A DNA stretch of 64,000 bases, from NCBI GenBank assembly GCA_964419175.1, contig CAYQOQ010000004.1:115-64114 (forward strand), written 5' to 3'. Positions 10,801-19,938 of the stretch are shown here, one piece after another. How positions within the stretch are numbered: the stretch's first letter is position 1; each line of letters starts with the position of its first letter. Under the pieces are notes generated by a model, which saw nothing but the letters and a program-made list of their open reading frames with translations, had not been told where the DNA came from and made no database searches. The stretch is from an uncultured Terracidiphilus sp. (GTDB lineage: Bacteria > Acidobacteriota > Terriglobia > Terriglobales > Acidobacteriaceae). The position numbers and the translations under genes were made by a program.

Positions 10801-11330
10801 CGCTGCAACGCCTGCGCCAGGCCGAACTCAGCAGAAGCATGGAGCGGGTTAATCGCCAGCGTCGCCTTGAAGGTAGAAATGGCCTGGTCGAATTCCTTCA
10901 TCTGCTGATAACAGGCACCTTCAAAATAGTAGGAATCCGCATCGTGCGGATCGATTTTTGCCGCTTGCTGAAAGCTGGCCAGCGCCAACTCCAATTCGTT
11001 GCCCGCATGTTGTGCCAGGCCCAGGTTGTACCACGCCTGCGCGCTCTTCGGGTCCAGAGCAATGGCTTGTTTCAGTACAACCTTGGCTTCGTCCACCTTC
11101 TGCAGCGCCAGCAGTGCGATGCCTTCGTTTGCTGCTGCTTCGGCCAGCTTCGGATCCTTCTTGAAGGCTTCAGCGAAACTATCCGCGGCGCGCTCGGTAA
11201 ACTGCTGACTCATCTGCGCAACGCCGCGATTGTTCAGCCCGACCGCTTCGGCATCGTCGCGTCTCTGCGCCCCGCAAATCGTCGTCGTCCACGCCAGGAA
11301 CAGAACCGCCAATACCCAGGTTTTTCGCAT
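7875..11330 (-). CDS. TPR + FG-GAP + ASPIC/UnbV protein with a long C-terminal extension
   Basis: Signal peptide, about 5 TPR-like helical repeats (AWYNLGLAQ, AEFGLAQAL), FG-GAP repeats (DYDGDGLNDL, DYDHDGDLDL, DIDNDGWVDL), an UnbV-like block and a C-terminal SCPVLFAWDG domain. Confidence 0.85.
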   Translation of the reverse strand: MRKTWVLAVLFLAWTTTICGAQRRDDAEAVGLNNRGVAQMSQQFTERAADSFAEAFKKDPKLAEAAANEGIALLALQKVDEAKVVLKQAIALDPKSAQAWYNLGLAQHAGNELELALASFQQAAKIDPHDADSYYFEGACYQQMKEFDQAISTFKATLAINPLHASAEFGLAQALQRTGHTAEARAHFTRFQHLTSTKVSSALGLTYGEQGRYSLVTAVAEPERIQPAMIPVRLMAVPMIPRATSAASGVPAFTTTGGACMMDVTGSGSMDLILMQSGAQAIRILHLRSDGQFEEVDAAAAGLKAGGRAVTCAVGDYDGDGLNDLAVALDGAVLLFRNLGHGQFKNVTADSGLAARNRPTGITFVDYDHDGDLDLLLTGLPLKPGDAPNVLWRNNGNGTFTEQTEATGLGGSGNTAAAILTDFNNDRAVDLAVTGEGAAPLIYVNPREGKYPVQPLYEGVKLPPTTGIAVLDYNKDGWMDIAVTHAGAPGLTLWRNVEAPDHAGRRFVRVKLPLKDAVRGWGLTPIDIDNDGWVDLAAIVETKAGARVRVFRNRGDGSFEDVSSRLGLDKIALHSPRGLMAADLDGDGAPDLIVTEENAAPVLLRNVGANKNHFVRLDLTGLADNKTALGVKVEIFANGLWQKWELAGASGYGTQAAPQILAGLGDAKGIDLLRILWPTGVLQDEIDLPHEPVIAMKEADRRGSSCPVLFAWDGHRYKFVTDVIGAAVVGHWFTPTRRNIPNPGEWIKVDGEDFALINGKLSLRFMEPMEEVNYIDQLRLLAVDHPDDVEVNPDERFLDDPPFASGRVVASAHSTLPLGAWDGEGRDVLDQLSRHDHIFASGFTVVPYDGFANLHALTLDLGAVKPKAPLRLLMAGYVNYFSATSLYAAWQAGIKPISPYVEAELSDGTWQRIPGEAGFPAGLERTIVVDLTGKMPAGTRRIRLMTNLQVYWDQVLIDQSEDASALTSELPLASATLQFRGYPKQIEGASPGDLDYDYSRVSLTGPFQRERGNYTHMGDVTPLLNSVDDRFVILGSGEEIRAEFDTGKLPALPTHWKRDYFFYANGFVKDMDWWDALPFTVAQLPFHGMKSYPYTASEKYPSDADALDYQLNWNDRFDSGEPVRSYRFNYQLLPSTPLEDQSPRSMPGQQP

Positions 11331-11412
11331 TGCCATCGACCCCAATCACCCAGAATCTCGAACCAGAACAGAAAACACCAGTCTACTTGACTGCCCTTCC
11401 CGGCGCGCGTCG

Positions 11413-11733
11413 CTATCTCTTCAACTTCTCGCGGCACGAACGAAGGTAGGCTACCAGGTCTTTCACTTCGGCCGGTTCAAGATCCCCTGCAAATGGAGGC
11501 ATTTCATTGCCCCCGCGAAGAATCTGCTCCCGTATCTTGGTCTTCGTTAAAGTCCTGCCCACGCTGGAGAGATTCGGTCCCTTGTGGCCACCCGCGTTTT
11601 GAATGGCGTGGCAGTGCCGGCATCCGCTGGCGGCAAAGACCGCAGCGCCGCGCTCACGCTGACTCCGCGAAGACCCCAATGCGAGCGAACCGAATGATAG
11701 AAGTATGCAAATGACTGGAAGCCACAACCTCAT
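11413..11733 (-). CDS. Small mono-heme class I cytochrome c
   Basis: Signal peptide, CRHCH, GPNLS, distal Met in EMPPF; overlaps the stop of the upstream gene. Confidence 0.85.
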   Translation of the reverse strand: MRLWLPVICILLSFGSLALGSSRSQRERGAAVFAASGCRHCHAIQNAGGHKGPNLSSVGRTLTKTKIREQILRGGNEMPPFAGDLEPAEVKDLVAYLRSCREKLKR

Positions 11734-13955
11734 TGGCCGCTTCCTCCGCCGGCTTCAGCGTTCACGATCGCGCTATCTTTATGTACATGCCACGGCACAC
11801 TCTCCGCAGTCACTTCAGGATGCTTGCGCAAAAACTCGAGCGCATAAACATTGGCTGTCGGATCGTCCTTCTGGTCGGCAAAAGCCACGGCCTCCCGCGA
11901 GGCTTCCTTCTGCATTCCCAGCCGGCGGTACACGATGGAGAGAATGTAGTGCGCGGATAAGTCGTCGGGATCAATCGACTGCACCGTCTCGTACTCGGTG
12001 CGTGCCTCCTGATATTTATGCTGCTGATAAAACGAGAAGCCAAGCTCGCGGTGAGCGTCGCGCGAACGTGGAAACTGGGTGATTACTTCCAGCAAATCTG
12101 CGATCGCAGCGTCGGGATGGCCCTGGATGCGGTCAACCAATGCCAGATAGTAAAGCGCGCGTGCATTGTGCGGCGACAGCTTCAATGCCTGTTCCAGGTT
12201 GGTCCGCGAGGCGCCATAGCGCTGCCACGAGAAGTCTGCGATGGCGACGTTGGTGTAGGCGTCAGCGTAGTCCGGGCGCAACTGCGCCACATGTTCAAAG
12301 GCGCGTTCACTCTCCGCGTATTGTTGCGCATCGAGCAGGCCGATGCCGTAATTGTTCCACCGCATCCACAGCGGATTGTCCGCCGGATCGGGCGCCGTCG
12401 CTGGATCGGAGCCGAGCACCAGTGTTCGGGTGCGCGCAGCCATCTCCACCACGGGTTCGTCGTAGTGCTTGCCCATGGCAAAGTCGATGAAGTGCTGATT
12501 GAATCGGCGGTAATCCACCTTGGCGGTGACCGTAATCGGGCCCGTTGCGTCCTTGGGAATCCTGAACTCGTAGCGGACGATCTGCGAGCGGCCCGAGACG
12601 ATGCTGTTGTTATAGGCGATCACGCGCGTATCCCACACCTGGTGCAGATCGTTCAACTCGCCTTTCACATTAACGAGCCGGTTGGTAAAACTATGCGCGC
12701 TCGGATCGAGCGAGCCGTCAGACTGCAGGCCCCCGGAGTGCGTAAGCGTGCGCCCCGCGGCGTCCTTGGCCTCAAACTCCACCCAGCTCTCATAGAAATC
12801 GCGTTGCTCAGGGACGAGATTATGGGCGATCCCTTTGTTCTGGATCACAACGGTCACCGTGAGGTCGTCGCCGGGTGCAATTGTAAACGGCTCGTTACTC
12901 AGCGGCGCAAGGACTCCGCCGCCATTACGTTCCAGCGCAAAGATGTCTACGTTGAGAGCATTGTTGCGCAGGAAGGCGATCGTCTTTTCCATCTGCTGGT
13001 CGTAGCCGTAGTACTTTGACAGCAGCGTATTGGCGCCCAGCCAGCGATGCGAGGCCAGCTTGCCCGGCTCCGCGCCGTAATCGCGCGATGTGATCGGCTC
13101 CTGTTCCATGTGGCAGGTCTGGCAATTTGAGACCTTGTCCTTTACATAGAAAGGAAGCGGCGACTCCTTGCCGAATGAGGACTGCTGCCATTCGTCGTAA
13201 ACCGTGAAGGCGCGCTGCCACTTATAGTGATTCTCCTCGCGCGGCAGCGCCGCCTTGTGGCACGCGGCGCAGAACTCGCTGGTGCGATAAAAATCGCGCA
13301 TCACAGCCTTGGAATGACGATCGAGGTGGGCCAGGATCTCCTTGTCGGAGACTGGCCCATAGATCGGCTTGTCGTCGGCATCCACCAGCACCGCGGGCAC
13401 GCCCAGCACATAGCTTCCGGTACCGAGGGTCGTGACTTTCTGGATGGAGTGGCAAACGGAGCAAGTAACGCCATCATTGTCAAACTTGCGATCGATGGGT
13501 GAGGCGGCTGTCAGAGCGCCTGAAACCAGCGCGATTGGATTATGGCAGCCTTCGCAGTGCCGCGTATATTCAATGCCCCGCTCGCTGCTGAGCAGATTTA
13601 CGTTCTTCACGTACCAGGGATTGCGGAAGGCGTTGGCGTGAGCGGTCTGGCGCCACTCCGCGTGAGCTTGCTGATGGCAGTGCCCGCAGTACTCGGCCGA
13701 GGGAAAGCTCTTGGGATCGATGAATTCGCCGGTGTCGGTGGTTGCATTGGAGGGCAGGAACGGCCGGTCCGTGGCGAAGGGTAGTTTGTAATGTGCGGCA
13801 ACGCTTCTCGAATAGGCAGCGCGCTGTACCGCCGCATCGTCCGCCGCGTTCACTGTTGAAATGTGACCTGCGAAAAAGGGGCAGACAGCAGCCCCGGCAA
13901 GCAGACCGGCACCGAGCAAGCAAACGATTCGTAAGGCACTGCAGCGGGGAAGCAT
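11730..13955 (-). CDS. Penta-heme cytochrome c (c554-like) fused to C-terminal TPR repeats
   Basis: Five CxxCH motifs (CGHCH, CEGCH, CSVCH, CAACH, CQTCH) and C-terminal TPRs (RWNNYGIGLL, AHRELGFSFY). Start trimmed to the signal-peptide ATG; 13967 is an alternative. Confidence 0.85.
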   Translation of the reverse strand: MLPRCSALRIVCLLGAGLLAGAAVCPFFAGHISTVNAADDAAVQRAAYSRSVAAHYKLPFATDRPFLPSNATTDTGEFIDPKSFPSAEYCGHCHQQAHAEWRQTAHANAFRNPWYVKNVNLLSSERGIEYTRHCEGCHNPIALVSGALTAASPIDRKFDNDGVTCSVCHSIQKVTTLGTGSYVLGVPAVLVDADDKPIYGPVSDKEILAHLDRHSKAVMRDFYRTSEFCAACHKAALPREENHYKWQRAFTVYDEWQQSSFGKESPLPFYVKDKVSNCQTCHMEQEPITSRDYGAEPGKLASHRWLGANTLLSKYYGYDQQMEKTIAFLRNNALNVDIFALERNGGGVLAPLSNEPFTIAPGDDLTVTVVIQNKGIAHNLVPEQRDFYESWVEFEAKDAAGRTLTHSGGLQSDGSLDPSAHSFTNRLVNVKGELNDLHQVWDTRVIAYNNSIVSGRSQIVRYEFRIPKDATGPITVTAKVDYRRFNQHFIDFAMGKHYDEPVVEMAARTRTLVLGSDPATAPDPADNPLWMRWNNYGIGLLDAQQYAESERAFEHVAQLRPDYADAYTNVAIADFSWQRYGASRTNLEQALKLSPHNARALYYLALVDRIQGHPDAAIADLLEVITQFPRSRDAHRELGFSFYQQHKYQEARTEYETVQSIDPDDLSAHYILSIVYRRLGMQKEASREAVAFADQKDDPTANVYALEFLRKHPEVTAESVPWHVHKDSAIVNAEAGGGSGQ

Positions 13956-14442
13956 GGCGGTCACCATTCTATTAGTCCAGGGGACGGCCTGTATCCAGCC
14001 CAGGTTGAAGAGAAATCTCCATCGAAAGGTGTAGGCCCAGCCTGGATGAGTAACGACGGCGGTGGGCCGACTTCGAGTTTGAAAGCGAATCAACCAATTG
14101 AAGCCATCCACCTGCCCTACTGCGGAATCATCCTCCGGCAGTCGCTGGAGTTGAGATCTCTCAACCTATTGGATGAGAAGTCCATCCACATACCTGGCGA
14201 TGACAGCGGCGCAGTCGAACAGAGAGTATGGTGGTCATGATTCGTGTGGCCTTCCTGAGCCCCTTCTCGGGAAACCGCCTCTTGGATTTGGTCGGATTTT
14301 TCACTGCTTTCCACACCATCCCTTTCGATTAGCTCAAACCGAATCGAGAAGGTACGCAAGGTAAACACTTCTCCATGTGCAGAGCACTGTCCTTTGCAGC
14401 GACGACATTTGCATCCTTTAGAAGGCCCACCGAGGAGTTCCC

Positions 14443-17400
14443 ATGATCGGAAGATTGCCAGTCATTCTCGTCTGTATCTTTGCCACTGTCGCAGCGACTC
14501 ACGCGCAGAGCAATTACGCAGTTGTACGTGGATCGATTCTGGACCCGCAGCACCGCCCGATTGTCGGCGCGCAGGTTCAAATCCTCTCCAGCGAAACGGG
14601 CGCCGTCCGCGCAGTCATTTCCGATGGATCAGGACTCTATGAGATTGCCGGATTGCGTCCGGGCGAGTACAAGCTCACGGTGGAGCACTCCGGATTCAAG
14701 CAGGCCACCCATGCGGTCAACCTGGAAGTCGGCCAGCAGGCCACTCTCGACCTGCAATTGAGCCTTGGCTCCGACAATCAGACTGTCACGGTTCAGGCCT
14801 GGGGCGACCTACTCAAGACTCAGGATCCGAGCGTGGGCGAGGTGGTGGATCAACGCTCAGTGGATTCGCTCCCGTTGAATGGCCGAATGTTGATCGACCT
14901 GGTGCTGACCGTTCCAGGAGCGCACATAAGCCACGGCGCCGCGGCCGGTGACATGAATTCTCTCTATTGGAGACCGGGGCAGCGATCGGCAGTGAGCATC
15001 GGCGGAAGCCGCCCCAACGCGAACTACTTTCTGCTCGACGGGGCCACCAATACCGACCCCACGTTCAGCACTCAGAACCTCAGTCCATCGCCCGACGCCG
15101 TTCAGGAGTTCCAGGTGGAGACCGGCAGTTATTCTGCTGAAATGGGCGGCGCCGGCGGCGGACAGATCAACATCGTCACCCGCTCCGGGTCCAGTCATTT
15201 CCACGGAACTGCCTATGAGTTCCTGCGCAACGGCGCCATGGATGCTCACTCCTTCAACCAGATGGGCTCATCGAATTTCCTTGTCCAGAATAACTTTGGC
15301 GCATCGTTCGGCGGTCCGGTCAAGCGCAATCAAAAGACCTTCTTTTTCTTGAATTACGAAGCCCTGCGGCACGTTGAGATCGATGCAATGGTTGATACCG
15401 TGCCAACCGCACTCGAAGACTCCGGCGACTTCAGCCAAAGCGGCGTTGACATTTACGATCCGAGCACCACAACCGCGAATTCCGGCTATAACCCCAACCT
15501 GCCCACCAGCCTGTCAAATCCCCAATTCATCCGCCAGCAGTTCGTTTACAACGGCGTGAAGAATGTGATTCCGCCTTCGCGCCTGACCAAGGCAGCCTCA
15601 ATCATGCTGAATCAATACACGCCACTGCCGAACACCATGGACATGGGCAGCATGACCATGATGGGGCAGCCAACCGTAGTAGGCGCCGGCAACGATGCCA
15701 ACAACTACATGGATACGCGCAAGGAGCGCATGACCGACAACCAGGGAACGGCACGCGTGGATCACAGTTTTGCCAACGGCGATACCGCCTTTTTCCGTTA
15801 CTCGGCCGCCAGCGAATACGGCTTTATGCCGGAGGGCCTGCCCGGTTTCGGTTTCTATCACGACAATCTCTCGCAGCAAGCTATCCTGGCCTGGACCAGA
15901 ATTCTTTCCCCGCACATGGTCAACATGGCGTCCGTGGCCATCTCGCGCCTGGTCATGACGCACACTACCGAGAGCGCCAACAAAAACGATATCGTCGATC
16001 AATTGGGCATTACCGGAACCGGTTTTGGAGGACCGGGCGCCTGGGGCGCGCCCTACTTCAATGTCCAGGGATATTCGCCCTTTGGCGACAACTATCTGGC
16101 CACGCCGATGAGCGCCTGGGACACCGTCATCGAAGGCCGGGACTCCCTGAACTGGCAAATCGGCCGCCATAGCACCAAGTTTGGCGGTGCTTACCAGAAG
16201 TTCATCTGGCCCATGTGGGGTTTCTTCCAGAATCGCGGCTACTACCAGTACACCAACGGCTACACTACCCAATACGCGCTTAACGACGGCAGCTCCGGAT
16301 CGGCCCTGGCAAGCTTCCTGCTGTCAATGCCGGCGGCGCGGCAGGGCCAGGTAGGGGTGCCGCAAATGCAATTGCGTCAGTGGTACGCCGACGGATTTGG
16401 CCAGGATGCCTGGAGAATAACCTCGACCACGACTCTCAGTTACGGCCTCCGCTACGAGTTCATGAGCCCTCTGGTCGATCTTGATTACACCAACAGCAAT
16501 CTGGACCTCTCCAGCGGCGTGCCCCAGGTCTTCATTGGCGGGCAGAACGGCTACCCGCGCGGACTGATGTATGCCAACCACACCAACTTCGCCCCTCGGC
16601 TCGGTCTGGCGCAGAGCTTCCCCAGGCTCGGCGTAGTGGCGCACATCGCCTACGGAATCTTCTACACGCCGGTAGACATGAACACCTGGTGCAACCAGCG
16701 CCACAACGTACCCTATGTCTTCCCTGAGACCGCGCAGAGCGACCCTTACATTCCCTCGATCACCACGCTGAACTTTCCCTCCCCCGTGCTCGGCACAACA
16801 GCCGTCAGCTTCACGTCGGTCCAGTTGCATGCAAAGGCTCAATACGTCCAGCAGTGGAGCGCCTCGCTTGAAAAGCAGTTGGGTGTCGAGACCACAATCG
16901 AGGTCGGCTATCTGGGCGCAGGCGGCTTCCACTTGCAGCGCTCCCACCTCATTAATAACGCGCAGCCCGGACCGGGCCTGATACAACCGCGCCGTCCGTT
17001 TCCAAAAATCAGCTTCGTCCCCAATACGGTTTTTCCCGCCGCCGTAGCCAGCACAATGACCAGTTCCACATTCCCCGCGACCACCATCAACCTGCTCGAG
17101 AACACCGCGCAAAGCTGGTACGACGCGGGCTACGTCAACGTGCGGCGCCGCGCCTCCAACCGCCTCAGCTTCCTGGCTAACTACACGTTCGCCAAGGCGC
17201 TTGAGAACGCTCCTGACTTCCGTTCGCCCATGTTCGAGGCAGCAACTCCACAGAACAACAACGACCTGAACGCGGAGAAGGGCCCCGGCTGCGATATTCG
17301 CCATCGCGTTGCCGTAAGCGCGGTCTATAGCCCGCCGGTTCTGGCAAAGAACAACCTCACTCGGGCTCTAACCCGCGATTGGCGCGGCTCCGTCGAGTAC

Positions 17401-17829
17401 CAGGTCCAAAGCGGTTTTCCCCTGACGATTTCCGTGTTTGGCGATACGGCTAATGCCGGAACCGTCGTTGGCGAGAATCCTATTCGCGCAAACTCGACGG
17501 GCCAGAAGATCTTCCCGTCGGGCACCCGGAACTCGACCACATGGTTCAACCCGGGCGCATTCGCTGCGCCGCCTGCCTACACTTTCGGGAATGTCGGTCG
17601 GAACTCGGTCTATGGCCCCAGCTTGCAGACCATGGATCTTGCATTGGTCCGGAGTTTCAGCCTGGCAGAGAAGTCCAGATTTGAGACCCGCGCCGAGTTC
17701 TTCAACGGTCTCAACCACACCAACCTTGGAACTCCAAACCGCTTCGTGAACACATCCAGCTTTGGCAGCATCACCGAGGTTGCCACGCCTGGACGGGAGA
17801 TCCAGTTAAGCGCCCGTCTCTCGTTTTAG
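14443..17829 (+). CDS. TonB-dependent receptor (carboxypeptidase-regulatory-like N-domain, Oar-like type)
   Basis: Signal peptide, LPLNGR plug motif, DAVQEFQVETGSYSAEMG, GTAYEFLRN, and C-terminal GREIQLSARLSF ending in Phe. Confidence 0.92.
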   Translation: MIGRLPVILVCIFATVAATHAQSNYAVVRGSILDPQHRPIVGAQVQILSSETGAVRAVISDGSGLYEIAGLRPGEYKLTVEHSGFKQATHAVNLEVGQQATLDLQLSLGSDNQTVTVQAWGDLLKTQDPSVGEVVDQRSVDSLPLNGRMLIDLVLTVPGAHISHGAAAGDMNSLYWRPGQRSAVSIGGSRPNANYFLLDGATNTDPTFSTQNLSPSPDAVQEFQVETGSYSAEMGGAGGGQINIVTRSGSSHFHGTAYEFLRNGAMDAHSFNQMGSSNFLVQNNFGASFGGPVKRNQKTFFFLNYEALRHVEIDAMVDTVPTALEDSGDFSQSGVDIYDPSTTTANSGYNPNLPTSLSNPQFIRQQFVYNGVKNVIPPSRLTKAASIMLNQYTPLPNTMDMGSMTMMGQPTVVGAGNDANNYMDTRKERMTDNQGTARVDHSFANGDTAFFRYSAASEYGFMPEGLPGFGFYHDNLSQQAILAWTRILSPHMVNMASVAISRLVMTHTTESANKNDIVDQLGITGTGFGGPGAWGAPYFNVQGYSPFGDNYLATPMSAWDTVIEGRDSLNWQIGRHSTKFGGAYQKFIWPMWGFFQNRGYYQYTNGYTTQYALNDGSSGSALASFLLSMPAARQGQVGVPQMQLRQWYADGFGQDAWRITSTTTLSYGLRYEFMSPLVDLDYTNSNLDLSSGVPQVFIGGQNGYPRGLMYANHTNFAPRLGLAQSFPRLGVVAHIAYGIFYTPVDMNTWCNQRHNVPYVFPETAQSDPYIPSITTLNFPSPVLGTTAVSFTSVQLHAKAQYVQQWSASLEKQLGVETTIEVGYLGAGGFHLQRSHLINNAQPGPGLIQPRRPFPKISFVPNTVFPAAVASTMTSSTFPATTINLLENTAQSWYDAGYVNVRRRASNRLSFLANYTFAKALENAPDFRSPMFEAATPQNNNDLNAEKGPGCDIRHRVAVSAVYSPPVLAKNNLTRALTRDWRGSVEYQVQSGFPLTISVFGDTANAGTVVGENPIRANSTGQKIFPSGTRNSTTWFNPGAFAAPPAYTFGNVGRNSVYGPSLQTMDLALVRSFSLAEKSRFETRAEFFNGLNHTNLGTPNRFVNTSSFGSITEVATPGREIQLSARLSF

Positions 17830-17856
17830 GGAATTGCGCCAGGACTTCGAGGACTG

Positions 17857-17892
17857 CTTGAAGTTGCGCTCGTATCCCAGTGAGACTTCAAG
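17857..17892. terminator. Hairpin between convergent genes (possible bidirectional terminator)
   Basis: CTTGAAGT...ACTTCAAG inverted repeat between the TBDR stop and the CRTAC1 stop; long loop and no clear U-tract. Confidence 0.35.
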
Positions 17893-17926
17893 GAGAGTAG
17901 TTCTTTAGAGCCGGGGAACTCGCGTC

Positions 17927-19786
17927 TTACTTCCCCGATCCTTCGGCGAGATTGACGATGCGATCTACGCCGGGCATCGAAAAGTGCTCTACCTTTCCGT
18001 CGGGCCAGTGCACTTCGAGATCATCCACTTTGGTCGCCGGGCCTAGACCGAAATGCGGGCGCGGATCGCTGGTTGAAGCGTAGCTGCCGCCGCTCAGCAC
18101 GTCTCCGCGCTGCTTCATGCCATTCGCCGTCAGGTAGACAGTCGCGCCCACTGCATCGCGCGGGCTTTTTGGGCCACCAATGAGCTTGAGCTCGAGCCAG
18201 TGATTCTTGTCCGGTGAAACGTTACGCAGAATCACCGGATGACCATCCAGCACGTTAATCACTACATCCAGTTTTCCGTCGTTGAACAGGTCGCCCGCGG
18301 CCAATCCTCGTCCCTTGATGACGTCTGCCAGCCCCGAGCCTTCAACGGGTGGCACGGCCTCGAACTTCTTTCCGCCCATGTTGTGGAAGAGCATCGGCCG
18401 CTGTGCCCAGCTTGTGCCCCAGGGATGCTGGTCTACCTGCGGATAGACGTGTCCGTCTGCCATGATCAGGTCCTTCCAACCGTCGTTGTCATAGTCAAGG
18501 AACGCGTCGCCCCAGCCAAGAAACGGGACTGAAATCTCAGCGATGCCCAACTGGTAACTGATGTCCGTCAGGTTGGCATCGCCCTCGTTACGGTAGAGCG
18601 GCTTGTAATCGTCTGAGAAAGTCGTGTTGAAGATGTCGATCATGCCATTGTTTTCAAAATCGCCTGCCGCGATGCCCATGGACGCGGTCTCTCGTCCGGC
18701 CTCGTTCAGCGCATAGCCCGATGGATAGCTCGCGTCCTCGAATGTGCCGTCGCCTTTGTTCAGGTAAAGATAGTTGGGCGTGGAGTCGTCGGCTACCAGC
18801 AGATCCATCTTGCCGTCGTTATTGATATCGACGAACAGCGAACTCAGCCCATAGTAGCCGGGAGTGTCGGCAACGCCGGCCTTTTCGCTTACGTCTGTGA
18901 AGGTTCCATCGCCATTGTTGTGAAAGAGATGGTCGGGCTCGCCTTTGAGCCCTCTCGGCCCGCAATTCACCTGCACTCCGCGGAAGGTGCAGAATGTGTC
19001 GGGGACTCCGTTTTCACCACCCGACGGCAGGTTGTTGCGATCGAGGTGAACGTAGCCCGGCACGAACAGGTCCAGCCTTCCGTCGCCGTCGTAATCGCCC
19101 CACGTCGCTCCCGTGGACCAGTTGCCCAATTGCACCCCGGCTTTTTCCGCCACGTCGGTAAAAGTGCCGTCGTGGTTGTTGTGGAAGAGCCGGTTCTTGC
19201 CCCAGTTGGTGACGTAGATATCAGGCCAGCCGTCGTTGTCGTAGTCGGCGATCGCGACGCCGACTCCCCAGCGGTCGTTGGTTACGCCGGCCTTAGCCGC
19301 CACATCGGTGAAGGTTCCATCGTGGTTATTGTGGAAGAGCGCTGCATGAGGCGGCGTCTCCTTGCCATCCAGCGCATCGAACGTCGATCCATTCACCACG
19401 TAAATGTCAAGCCATCCATCGTTGTCGTAATCAATCAAGCCCACACCGGACCCATTGGTTTCGATAATGTATTTCTTTTCCGGTGAGCCCATCTTATGGC
19501 TCCAATGAGTCACCCCGGCTTTTTGCGAGATGTCGTCGAAGATGACGGGGCCGCTCTTCACAAAGCCGCCCGCAGTGATAGGGCGGCGCTGCTCATCGTA
19601 CTGAGCGGGATGCGCCGGGCCTGTATTCACGCCACCCTCTGAGGTTGCATGAGCACCTCCAGAGGGTTGTTCGGTCTGTTGCCCAGGGGCGGGCATTTGG
19701 GGATTTGTGACTTGCGCGGAAAGGCAAACAGCAGTACTTCCCGCCAGCAGTCCCAGAAGAGCGGCTGCGCGCAATGGCTCAAACAT
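17927..19786 (-). CDS. CRTAC1-family protein (FG-GAP + ASPIC/UnbV)
   Basis: Signal peptide, DYDNDGWLDIYVVNG repeats, GRGLAAGDLFNDG, SPRDAVGA...GGSYASTSDPRPHFGLG. Confidence 0.9.
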   Translation of the reverse strand: MFEPLRAAALLGLLAGSTAVCLSAQVTNPQMPAPGQQTEQPSGGAHATSEGGVNTGPAHPAQYDEQRRPITAGGFVKSGPVIFDDISQKAGVTHWSHKMGSPEKKYIIETNGSGVGLIDYDNDGWLDIYVVNGSTFDALDGKETPPHAALFHNNHDGTFTDVAAKAGVTNDRWGVGVAIADYDNDGWPDIYVTNWGKNRLFHNNHDGTFTDVAEKAGVQLGNWSTGATWGDYDGDGRLDLFVPGYVHLDRNNLPSGGENGVPDTFCTFRGVQVNCGPRGLKGEPDHLFHNNGDGTFTDVSEKAGVADTPGYYGLSSLFVDINNDGKMDLLVADDSTPNYLYLNKGDGTFEDASYPSGYALNEAGRETASMGIAAGDFENNGMIDIFNTTFSDDYKPLYRNEGDANLTDISYQLGIAEISVPFLGWGDAFLDYDNDGWKDLIMADGHVYPQVDQHPWGTSWAQRPMLFHNMGGKKFEAVPPVEGSGLADVIKGRGLAAGDLFNDGKLDVVINVLDGHPVILRNVSPDKNHWLELKLIGGPKSPRDAVGATVYLTANGMKQRGDVLSGGSYASTSDPRPHFGLGPATKVDDLEVHWPDGKVEHFSMPGVDRIVNLAEGSGK

Positions 19787-19792
19787 GCAGAG

Positions 19793-19820
19793 AGTATACG
19801 CGGGCCGAGATGCAATGCAA
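19793..19820 (-). promoter_or_regulatory. Putative sigma70 promoter giving a leaderless transcript
   Basis: TTGCAT-N16-TATACT on the minus strand; the -10 box ends 6 nt before the ATG at 19786 and no Shine-Dalgarno is present. Confidence 0.45.
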
Positions 19821-19938
19821 TATCAGTCAAAGGGTGGAGAAAGTATTCCCGCTATCCTGGCGAGGCGTAGATCTGAAGTCGCATCGTAACAATTGTGCTC
19901 TGATGAAAAAGTGAACCTTGCGCTCTTGGGCTTCGCTG

